From the IMG/VR virus record IMGVR_UViG_3300037631_003745, positions 1 to 35,757 of that record: DNA of 35,757 bases. One strand, given 5' to 3'. Made by a program: the position numbers and the translations under genes. Below the pieces are notes generated by a model. The model did not search any database. It saw only the letters and a list, made by a program, of their open reading frames with translations, and was not told the origin of the DNA. The DNA is from a virus. Taxonomy: Duplodnaviria > Caudoviricetes. Position 1 is the stretch's first letter, and each line of letters opens with the position of its first letter. Shown here piece after piece: positions 8,658 through 15,920 of this stretch.

Positions 8658-8924
8658 TCACACTGAACCCTGCGCCCTGATCCGTTCACGGCGTTTTGCG
8701 GCCCGCTGAGCGCGAATCTTGTCGCGGTTCTTCAGGTAGTAGTCGCGGTGGTACGCGCGCCTCTTATTGACCTTTGCTTCCCACTCTTCTGGAGACAGGA
8801 GCTGGTCGAGTTCCTTCTCGCGCGTACGCCTCGGCTTCACGATACGGTCGTAGTACTCGCGTTGGTAGGCGCGGCGAGCTTCCTTGTTTGCTTGGTAGTA
8901 CGCCTGTTTCTTTGGGTCGGGCAT
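8658..8924 (-). CDS. Small basic helical protein with repeated YY..N.(E/D) motifs
   Basis: YYQANKEARRAYQREYY and RRAYHRDYYLKNRDKIRAQR. Confidence 0.65.
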   Translation of the reverse strand: MPDPKKQAYYQANKEARRAYQREYYDRIVKPRRTREKELDQLLSPEEWEAKVNKRRAYHRDYYLKNRDKIRAQRAAKRRERIRAQGSV

Positions 8925-8930
8925 GCGTAA

Positions 8931-8958
8931 ATCATATGACCCCGATTGATTTAGTCAA
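8931..8958 (-). promoter_or_regulatory. Sigma70-like promoter positioned for a leaderless mRNA
   Basis: TTGACT-16-TATGAT, then 6 nt to ATG 8924. Confidence 0.6.
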
Positions 8959-9005
8959 ATTTTTTCGGAAACACACAGATATATACGCGCGCCCGCGCGC
9001 GCAAA

Positions 9006-9314
9006 GCCACCCCCTAGGGGTGGCGTCCCAGAGCTAAGACTCCGTCTTACACATATTGTCACAAGTTGTGGCTAAAGCCACAAGTCCTTGATGATCAATG
9101 ATTCCTGTATCATTTACAATGATACAGGAAACAGGGTTCAGTTGAACAGTACCATATATGGTAGGACTTTGCTGGCTTCCCCTTTAGGGAAGCTGCGCGG
9201 GGGAGGTCTCTGTAAGGAGACAGCGCGATGGCATGTCGAAAGTCTCCTAAAGGGAGACCGCGCATCGGACTACGTCCTGACACCTAGCGCGCGCTTGCTC
9301 CCTTTAAAAGGGAG
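9006..9314. other. Non-coding strand-divergence zone packed with short inverted repeats
   Basis: Inverted repeats at 9006-9024, 9066-9083, 9102-9130 (13-bp arms), 9150-9163, 9175-9193, 9206-9221, 9242-9258 and 9298-9314. Confidence 0.75.
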
Positions 9315-9378
9315 AGGGATCGGCAATCGGCTACAGTAGGGAGTGATGAAAACGAACACCCCATCCAACTACGTAACC

Positions 9379-9603
9379 ATGAAACCTACTACTACCCAAA
9401 TCCGCTTCCTCATTGACGCAATCCTTAGCGGGAATGAGACCATCGCCGAGTCCGCCGCTAACATCATCGCCGTCTACTTTTGGAAGAACGAGGTCGACAT
9501 CCCCGACCTGATGAACGCCGCTTCAACTGCCGTACGTTGGAATGATGCGCAGCAGTTTCTGATCCCTGCCTTCAACTCCCTTCGCCCCGCCCCCGCTGCC
9601 TGA
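9379..9603 (+). CDS. Hypothetical early protein (first gene of the plus-strand block)
   Basis: ORF 9343-9603; ATG 9379 preferred (A/C-rich leader, early-gene codon style). Confidence 0.6.
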   Translation: MKPTTTQIRFLIDAILSGNETIAESAANIIAVYFWKNEVDIPDLMNAASTAVRWNDAQQFLIPAFNSLRPAPAA

Positions 9604-9671
9604 ACCCCGAACCCCGAACCCTGCGCATTATACGTAGGGTTCGGGAATCTCAAACTATCGTAGTTTACCCC

Positions 9672-9722
9672 TTACTACGTAAAAAGAAAATTGTTGACGC
9701 TTAAGTCAAAACCCCTTAATTC
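9672..9722 (+). promoter_or_regulatory. Early promoter 1 (TAC-loop mini-hairpin + AAGAAAATTG-TTGACG)
   Basis: TTAC-TAC-GTAA, A-tract and TTGACG at 9694; the -10 is weak (TAATTC); same layout as 11179 and 13752. Confidence 0.55.
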
Positions 9723-9783
9723 TATTAACGATCAACGGCAGATCGTCCAAGCAGTGCCGACCATGAAACACGAAACAAATACC

Positions 9784-10488
9784 ATGAAACAACACAACAA
9801 CACCACCACCCTCATCGAAGCTTGCACATCCATCGACAAGCTCGTTCACCTCAGCCCCTCTGAACTTGCCACCCATACGAAGACCGCCGCTTCGCAGTTT
9901 GCCAGCTTCGCCGCTAAAGGCTGCAAGTACCTTGGGCTGCTTCGCTCAAGGCTCCATGCCACTGGTTCCTCTACTGAGGACAGTTACAAGCTGATTAGCA
10001 ATGAAATGACCAAAGCAGGCTTCGACAAGAAGCAGGCTAAATCCGCCGTGAATAATGGCCTTGGCCATTCGAAGCTGGCGGCCTTTCTCGTAAGAGAAGA
10101 CGGCGGCAAGCCCATCGATGAAGCTCGATTCTATGCGGTTCCCGTCTCCGCCGCCGCTCTAGTGGCCACGACCCTCAAGAAGGGTGGCGCGGAAGCTATC
10201 GAACAATTCAACTCCATCCCCCTCCGTAAGGGGAAGTTGAATCGTAAGAGCCTCGCAGAGTTCCTGCCTTCGAAGAGCGAAGGCGAAGCGGTCGACAAGG
10301 CCGCCGCCGCCGCCACTGCCGATGCAGTGGAAGGTACGGAAGTGTCCGCCTCTGAAGAGGTCGCCGCTGAACTGTCGCCACTCGAAGTCGCGGCGAAGGG
10401 GGTCGCCCTTCTTACGAAGGCATTGCCCAACCTTAGCGGCCGCGAGCTTGACTCCGTCAAGACTGAGCTGGCTAAGCTTGGCCTGTAA
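9784..10488 (+). CDS. Hypothetical early protein (Ala/Lys-rich, ends LAKLGL)
   Basis: ORF 9691-10488; ATG 9784 follows the GAAACACGAAAC leader motif. Confidence 0.7.
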   Translation: MKQHNNTTTLIEACTSIDKLVHLSPSELATHTKTAASQFASFAAKGCKYLGLLRSRLHATGSSTEDSYKLISNEMTKAGFDKKQAKSAVNNGLGHSKLAAFLVREDGGKPIDEARFYAVPVSAAALVATTLKKGGAEAIEQFNSIPLRKGKLNRKSLAEFLPSKSEGEAVDKAAAAATADAVEGTEVSASEEVAAELSPLEVAAKGVALLTKALPNLSGRELDSVKTELAKLGL

Positions 10489-10531
10489 CCCCTAAAGGGG
10501 TCGCTTGAACTACCATAGTTTGAGCGACCCC
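10488..10531. repeat. 44-bp hairpin element, copy 1 (identical to 12141-12184)
   Basis: ACCCCTAAAGGGGTCGCTTGAACTACCATAGTTTGAGCGACCCC. Confidence 0.95.
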
Positions 10532-10554
10532 ATCCACCCATCCACCCATTCATC

Positions 10555-10698
10555 ATGCTACCTGTATCCTCTCTCGTCATCATCACCGCCGCATCATTTC
10601 TCGGCTTCGCTTTGCTAGGCATGACACGCTACTGGCTAGGCTCACTAGCTTGCTGCGCTGGCGTGTATATACTCATGATCATCACATCTGTCCTCTAA
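10555..10698 (+). CDS. Small two-helix membrane protein (47 aa, not in the ORF track)
   Basis: Own translation MLPVSSLVIITAASFLGFALLGMTRYWLGSLACCAGVYILMIITSVL*; fills the space between two repeat elements. Confidence 0.6.
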   Translation: MLPVSSLVIITAASFLGFALLGMTRYWLGSLACCAGVYILMIITSVL

Positions 10699-10763
10699 CC
10701 CCGTACCCCGTACCCCGCATCCTTCGCAGGGTACGGGGTCGAATCTCAAACTATCATAGTTCA

Positions 10764-11171
10764 ATGACCACCTATCACGGCACTAGTGCCGAAGGCGCAT
10801 CGTCTATCCTATCGGATGGCATCGACATTAGTCGATCCTGTAAGGGATATTTCGGCATCGGATTTTACACGACCCCTGACGCTGAACTGGCGCGTTGCAA
10901 TTACGCGGAGTTCTCAGGTGACGAAGACGGCGGGAAAGTCCTCGCCTTCGAAGTCTCCCCTGACGCTCGCATCCTCGACCTCTCGCGCTCTGAAGACTGG
11001 GACACTTACCAGTCTCATACCTACGGCGGCAGGTCTGTCGCCGACCTCGTGGCGCTTGACGGCTTCGACCAGATCATGCGCTCCTTCGGGGTGGATGGCA
11101 TCGCCGACCGATCTTTTGGGGGCATCGTGTTCTATAACCCGAACGTCCTCGCCCCTGTTGAACTACCGTAG
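10764..11171 (+). CDS. ADP-ribosyltransferase-fold protein (H-Y type)
   Basis: MTTYHGTS...GYFGIGFYTT...A..NYA is the PARP/diphtheria-toxin-like ART signature; ATG 10764 is in frame with ORF 10650. Confidence 0.7.
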   Translation: MTTYHGTSAEGASSILSDGIDISRSCKGYFGIGFYTTPDAELARCNYAEFSGDEDGGKVLAFEVSPDARILDLSRSEDWDTYQSHTYGGRSVADLVALDGFDQIMRSFGVDGIADRSFGGIVFYNPNVLAPVELP

Positions 11172-11178
11172 TTTGCCG

Positions 11179-11230
11179 TTACCTTACAGGTAAGAAAATT
11201 GTTGACTCTTAACTCGTCATCCCGTAACTT
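11179..11230 (+). promoter_or_regulatory. Early promoter 2
   Basis: TTACCT-TAC-AGGTAA hairpin, GAAAATTG, then TTGACT(11202)-17-TAACTT. Confidence 0.65.
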
Positions 11231-11254
11231 AGTTACCGAAACACGAAACGAACC

Positions 11255-12133
11255 ATGACTGTCACCCACTCCATCCTACTCAAGGCCGCCGCTGAACTTA
11301 TGCAAAGCGGCGCGACTCCTACAGTCGATGCCATCATCGCATCGAATCCTCAAGGCTCCACCCAAAGCTGGGCAGGTGTCATGCACAAGCTACTCGCTCA
11401 GCGTTCCGCCTTACAAGCTGGCACGATTGATCGTGCTGCCTTCAGCATCTTCGCCAAGGGCAATTCAAAGCTACCCTTCTTCGCCTTCTCATCGATGGCA
11501 ATCCTCGATTGCGCTGGATACGGCGAGTGTGGCAAGTGGTGCTACAGCAAGAGCGCATGGCGCAACCCGAACGCCGCTGGCCGCCAAATCAGCAACAGTA
11601 TGTTGCTCCGTCACGAGGCTGGCCGTAAGCTTATCGCTGGCCAGCTACTTAAGCTACCGAAGGACGTTGTCTTCCGCCTCTACGTGGACGGCGACTTTGA
11701 CTCCATCGAGACCCTGCGCTATTGGATGGAGCTACTCAAGCAACGGCCTGACGTTCAGGCTTACGGCTACTCGAAAAGCTGGGCAGAGTTCCTTGCGTTA
11801 GAACTTCAGGACTATGCTTGGCCGAGCAACTACCTACTTAACCTGTCCTCTGGTAGTCGTCATCCTGATTCGATGCGCGACCTCATGGCCAAGCTGCCAA
11901 TCACTCGCGGCGAGTTCCTCGCTGTGCCAGTGGAGCGTCATCACATCAAGAGCGGCGCATACAAGTCTCGCCGTGCCGATGGCTTCAAGGACTACGCCGC
12001 CGCCGTTCGTAAGAACGCATCGACTAAAGTCTTCGTATGCTCTGGCCAGTGCGGTGACTGCCTACCTGCTGGCCGCCATGCTTGCGGTGATGCGAAGTTC
12101 CGCAACGTGCCGATCGCCATCGGTGTCCACTGA
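11255..12133 (+). CDS. Gp88-like Cys-rich (radical-SAM-like Fe-S) phage protein
   Basis: GNSKLP..F, CAGYGECGKWCY, FRLYVDGDF, YGYSKSW, NLSSGS and C-terminal CSGQCGDC motifs. Confidence 0.65.
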   Translation: MTVTHSILLKAAAELMQSGATPTVDAIIASNPQGSTQSWAGVMHKLLAQRSALQAGTIDRAAFSIFAKGNSKLPFFAFSSMAILDCAGYGECGKWCYSKSAWRNPNAAGRQISNSMLLRHEAGRKLIAGQLLKLPKDVVFRLYVDGDFDSIETLRYWMELLKQRPDVQAYGYSKSWAEFLALELQDYAWPSNYLLNLSSGSRHPDSMRDLMAKLPITRGEFLAVPVERHHIKSGAYKSRRADGFKDYAAAVRKNASTKVFVCSGQCGDCLPAGRHACGDAKFRNVPIAIGVH

Positions 12134-12140
12134 ACCCTGT

Positions 12141-12184
12141 ACCCCTAAAGGGGTCGCTTGAACTACCATAGTTTGAGCGACCCC
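12141..12184. repeat. 44-bp hairpin element, copy 2
   Basis: Identical to 10488-10531. Confidence 0.95.
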
Positions 12185-12213
12185 GCCTCAACCTGAAACC
12201 TGAATCCTGCATC

Positions 12214-12444
12214 ATGTACACGTACACTGAAATTGAATACACCTGTAACCCTCCATCCTGCGGAGGGAATTACGAAGCTGGCCAAGAGATCTCCTCTTGG
12301 ATGTCGCCTTCTCCGAAGGCTGCCTGTGCCCGTGAAGGCCGCCCCCACTTCCGCCAAGTCGGAGCTGAAGGCGTACCTGTGATGGGTCGCCGTATCCTCA
12401 AGTCTCCTAATGGAGTTACCATCTTCGATGAATGGGATCACTGA
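12214..12444 (+). CDS. Hypothetical early protein (76 aa)
   Basis: ORF bounded by repeat elements on both sides. Confidence 0.55.
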   Translation: MYTYTEIEYTCNPPSCGGNYEAGQEISSWMSPSPKAACAREGRPHFRQVGAEGVPVMGRRILKSPNGVTIFDEWDH

Positions 12445-12462
12445 ACCCTGAACCCTTTGTCA

Positions 12463-12530
12463 TGGTACGTGTTCACCCTTCGGGTGTCTTGAACTACGGT
12501 AGTTTGATTCACCCGAAGGGCAACGTGCCA
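12463..12530. repeat. Long hairpin carrying the 15-bp core at its apex
   Basis: TGGTACGT...CCCTTCGGGTG...GAACTAC-G-GTAGTTT...CACCCGAAGGG...ACGTGCCA. Confidence 0.85.
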
Positions 12531-12567
12531 CACTCATAACTCACTCATACCCAACCATATACGAAAC

Positions 12568-13248
12568 ATGAAACCTACCTACACCCTCAAGATCGAACGT
12601 GATATCAACGCCTCCAATCCAGTTGAAGACTGGGCAATGGAAGGTGATATCCAAATCATAGTTGCTCACCGCAACCACGCCTTCGGCACTCACAACTTCA
12701 GCTCTGCTGAACAGGCGGACGCTCACATGAATGCCCTGCCTGAAGGGGCATACACCGCCCCGCTCTACATGTATGACCACAGCGGAGTCACTGTCTCGCT
12801 TGAGCCTTTCTCCTGTCCTTGGGACAGCGGCCAGATTGGATTCATTGTCCTGCCCGACCCGTCCATCTTCAGAGACCCACAAGCTGCAGCTAAAGCTGCC
12901 GTCGCCTCTCTGGATAACAACCTTACAGGCAACGTCTATGGTTGGGTTGTCGAAGACGAGAACGGCGACCCTTACGATTCCTGCTGGGACTACTACGGCG
13001 ACCCCGACACGTCAGGCTGCCGCGAAGACGGCGAAGCTGCACTCAAGCGCGCCAACGAAGAAGCGGCCTCGCTCAAGTATTGCCATGACTTCGACATCAT
13101 GGCGACCCTCGAATCCAACACCGAAGACTTTGAAGAAGTCTCTCCCGCCGATATCCGCATAGCTTTGTTGCGCCACATCAACTCCTTGTCAGATGACGAA
13201 TTGCGCGAAGCAGTCGGTCACATACAAACTGTCGATGCCGTTATCTAA
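12568..13248 (+). CDS. Conserved phage/mobile-element protein (YDHSG...PWDSGQ.G...DSCW.YYG type)
   Basis: Recognisable motif set PLYMYDHSGVTVS, FSCPWDSGQIGFI, DSCWDYYG; function unknown. Confidence 0.7.
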   Translation: MKPTYTLKIERDINASNPVEDWAMEGDIQIIVAHRNHAFGTHNFSSAEQADAHMNALPEGAYTAPLYMYDHSGVTVSLEPFSCPWDSGQIGFIVLPDPSIFRDPQAAAKAAVASLDNNLTGNVYGWVVEDENGDPYDSCWDYYGDPDTSGCREDGEAALKRANEEAASLKYCHDFDIMATLESNTEDFEEVSPADIRIALLRHINSLSDDELREAVGHIQTVDAVI

Positions 13249-13306
13249 ACTACCGTAGTTCAGCCAGACAACCCCCAACACTGAACTTGATCCCGTATCC
13301 TGAACC

Positions 13307-13735
13307 ATGCAAACTGAGTTTAGATTCATGAACGATTCACTCCTGCCATACGGAACACCCGTCCGTATCTACTTCAACCTGCACAAGAAGCTCTTCAGTG
13401 TGCAGACCAAAGTGGACGGCAGGTGGAAAGTAGCGGCGCACTCCAGCACTATCGCCCTGCGCGATGCCCGCTTCAAGGTCAGTCAAGCTGGCCGCAAGCG
13501 TGTGATTGCAGAGCAACGCAAGAACGTCCATGCGTTCGTCGAAGGCTACACCTGTAGTGTCGAGGAGTACACCTACATCACGAATGCGGCTGCCGCTGCT
13601 GCCCTCACCTACAACCCGTACCTGTACGAATCCTTCGTGACCCGTCATGACGAGCGTCCTGTACACACTGCCGACTATGTGCTGGGTGTCGTCGATCCCG
13701 ATGACGTGCCTCACCTGTCGGCTGTCCTATCCTAA
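13307..13735 (+). CDS. Conserved phage protein (NLH...KNVHAFV.G...YNPY type)
   Basis: VRIYFNLHKKLFSV, GRKRV..E.RKNVHAFVEG and YNPY motifs. Confidence 0.75.
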   Translation: MQTEFRFMNDSLLPYGTPVRIYFNLHKKLFSVQTKVDGRWKVAAHSSTIALRDARFKVSQAGRKRVIAEQRKNVHAFVEGYTCSVEEYTYITNAAAAAALTYNPYLYESFVTRHDERPVHTADYVLGVVDPDDVPHLSAVLS

Positions 13736-13751
13736 ACTACCGTAGTTTGCT

Positions 13752-13802
13752 TTACCTACGGTAAGAAAATTGTTGACAGTAACCTGATTGCTGTCCTACT
13801 AT
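13752..13802 (+). promoter_or_regulatory. Early promoter 3
   Basis: TTACC-TAC-GGTAA hairpin, GAAAATTG, then TTGACA(13773)-18-TACTAT. Confidence 0.65.
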
Positions 13803-13839
13803 GTAAAGCCTCAACTCGAAACACGAACCCCAACATCCA

Positions 13840-14928
13840 ATGAACTACCCCGTTGTAAACAATGCCGATGAGCTTATCGAATTCGCTGAGCTTGCCCGTG
13901 ACACCGACCGCATCCTCGCCCTCTACGGACAAGGCGGCGTTGGTAAGACCTCCGTCTGTGAGGACATCGTAGCCCCTGCGCTGAACATCGCCGATAGCCA
14001 CGTATTCGTGGTCAATCACTCAGGCTCCGCCCCCTCCGAAGTGAAGGGCACTGGTGTGCCTGACATGACCACCCGCGAGATGTGGTTCGGCAAGCCGACC
14101 GACTTTCCCCTCTACGAGAGGATCGGAGACGAACCTGCACTGCTGGTGCTGGACGAGTACCCCGAATGGGATGCCTCCGTGCAGTCTCTCTGCCGCTCGC
14201 TCTTCCAGCCGACTGGCAGTCGCCCGAAGATCGGGTCGCATGAACTCAGTGCGAACACGGTGATCTGTGTGACTGGCAACCGCCGCATCGACGGCAGCCG
14301 CTCGTCCGTCCCATCCGCCCCGTTCGTGGAACGCTGTGTGTCCATCGTGTGGCAGCCGACCCTCGACCAGTGGCTCGACTGGGCAGCAGCCGAAGGTCTC
14401 GCCGCCAGCCCCGTCTACACCTTCCTGAAGTTCAACGGTCTCGACCAGCGTGGTCGGGAAGGCGACTTCTTCTGCCCACCTGTGCCGCAGCCTTGGACTG
14501 GCGATGCTCACCCCTGTCCCCGACAGTGGGCTGCCGCTTGTCTCATCAAGGAGGACAGCCGCATCTTGCAGAAGGCGTTGGCCTCGCTGGTCGGCGATAC
14601 CGCTGCGGCTGCTGCCTATGCATTCCACAAGACAGTGGCGCAGATCTTGCCCAAGCTGGCAGCCGTCCGTGCTGGCACTGAGTCTGCACCGACCGATCCC
14701 GCTGAGCAGTTCGCTCTCGTCCACTGCGCCCTCCGTCAGGGCAAGCGTGAGAACGAAGCTGATCTCGAAGCGGCAGTCGCTGGTGGTCAGCTTGACTGGC
14801 TCGTCGACCTGCTGTGCAACTGCAACGCTGAGATCCGCGAGTGGGGCTACCGCACCGCTACCTCCAAGCACTGCGGCATCCCGCTCAACCAACACTCCCG
14901 CCGCTCCGCCATGCAGGGCGTAGCCTAA
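13840..14928 (+). CDS. MoxR-like AAA+ ATPase
   Basis: Walker A GQGGVGKT, Walker B LLVLDE, sensor TGN, and a PCPRQW motif; adjacent to a vWA gene. Confidence 0.85.
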   Translation: MNYPVVNNADELIEFAELARDTDRILALYGQGGVGKTSVCEDIVAPALNIADSHVFVVNHSGSAPSEVKGTGVPDMTTREMWFGKPTDFPLYERIGDEPALLVLDEYPEWDASVQSLCRSLFQPTGSRPKIGSHELSANTVICVTGNRRIDGSRSSVPSAPFVERCVSIVWQPTLDQWLDWAAAEGLAASPVYTFLKFNGLDQRGREGDFFCPPVPQPWTGDAHPCPRQWAAACLIKEDSRILQKALASLVGDTAAAAAYAFHKTVAQILPKLAAVRAGTESAPTDPAEQFALVHCALRQGKRENEADLEAAVAGGQLDWLVDLLCNCNAEIREWGYRTATSKHCGIPLNQHSRRSAMQGVA

Positions 14929-14962
14929 ACTACCGTAGTTTGCCGCTGCCTTAGAAAAAGAT

Positions 14963-14990
14963 TTGACACTAAGGCAGTGGCTGCTATTCT
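14963..14990 (+). promoter_or_regulatory. Early promoter 4
   Basis: TTGACA-16-TATTCT with TG extension, downstream of palindrome copy 9. Confidence 0.6.
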
Positions 14991-15027
14991 CCATAACCTC
15001 AACCCGAAACCTGAACCCCACAATCCA

Positions 15028-15897
15028 ATGAACCAACTCGACACTATCAACTCGATTGTCATGGCCCGCCTTCTGACAGGTAAGCCCTCCGTATCCGCCA
15101 AGCTGGAACGCCAGCATGAGAACATCGTCTGTGCCAGCGGCGCAGAGAGTGACGCAGTCCGTGCCCCATCAGGCCGCCTGTTCGCTAAGGGTGGCCTCGT
15201 CGCCGATGCATTCAGCATCATCAACGGCATGAGCGTCATCCTCCGCAAGAAGGGCAACGCTGTCCCTGACATGGTCGGCGCAACCTACCTGCAAGCCGAC
15301 GACATCGACGAAATCCAGAAGGAGTTCGACGAGCGCACCGACAAGCTAGATCAGCTCAAGGCGCAGATCCGCCAGCAGTACGCCAGCCTCGTGCAGGCTG
15401 GGCAAGCTCACTTGGGTACTCTCAAGAACGAGATCATGTACCCCACCGTCGACGAGTTCCTCGATGACTTCCGTTTCCAGCTCAAGTGGCTCGGTCAACC
15501 TGCTGGCATCGAAGGCACTGTCCTTGGTGCAGTGAGCCGTGAGACCGCCGCCCGTGTTCGGGCTGCGTCTCAAGCCGATGCCCAGTCCATGCTCACCGAA
15601 GCACACGGTCGCCTCGTGCAGACCGCTATCGCTGAGATGGGTGATGTCGTCACTGCCCTCACCACTGGCAAGCGTCTCCGTCAGGAACGCCTCGACAAGC
15701 TGTCCCGTCTCGCCGACGAGATCGAGTCGAAGAACTGGCTGAAGCTGCCTGAGCTGCGCGACACCGTGACCCGCCTCCGTGAACTCCACATCGATGCAAG
15801 CGAGATCCCTCTTGAGGATGACCGCAAGCAACACGCTGCCCGTATCGAATCCGCCCGTGAGGATGCCAGCAAGACGCTGGCTTCCCTCGGCCTGTAA
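15028..15897 (+). CDS. Alpha-helical protein of the AAA-vWA module (DUF3150-like by context)
   Basis: Lies between the AAA and vWA genes; coiled-coil character and a YP..(D/E)...F motif; ATG 15028 preferred over GTG 14977, which lies inside the promoter. Confidence 0.6.
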   Translation: MNQLDTINSIVMARLLTGKPSVSAKLERQHENIVCASGAESDAVRAPSGRLFAKGGLVADAFSIINGMSVILRKKGNAVPDMVGATYLQADDIDEIQKEFDERTDKLDQLKAQIRQQYASLVQAGQAHLGTLKNEIMYPTVDEFLDDFRFQLKWLGQPAGIEGTVLGAVSRETAARVRAASQADAQSMLTEAHGRLVQTAIAEMGDVVTALTTGKRLRQERLDKLSRLADEIESKNWLKLPELRDTVTRLRELHIDASEIPLEDDRKQHAARIESAREDASKTLASLGL

Positions 15898-15920
15898 CCT
15901 GAACCCTGAAACACGAAACG

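Larger units (their letters stand above)
9652..14941. repeat. Nine dispersed copies of the 15-bp palindrome RAACTAY-S-RTAGTTY at early-gene junctions
   Basis: Starts at 9652 (AAACTATCGTAGTTT), 10507 (GAACTACCATAGTTT), 10748 (AAACTATCATAGTTC), 11160 (GAACTACCGTAGTTT), 12160 (GAACTACCATAGTTT), 12491 (GAACTACGGTAGTTT), 13247 (AAACTACCGTAGTTC), 13734 and 14927 (both AAACTACCGTAGTTT). Confidence 0.95.

Noticed and set aside
9088-9339. 83-aa ORF in the divergence zone
   Set aside because: Weak start, atypical composition, and the region is dominated by inverted repeats.
9652-14941. CRISPR array or classical integron attC array
   Set aside because: The repeats are 15 bp and separated by whole genes; there are no cas or integrase genes, and the RYYYAAC...GTTRRRY attC architecture and length are not met.
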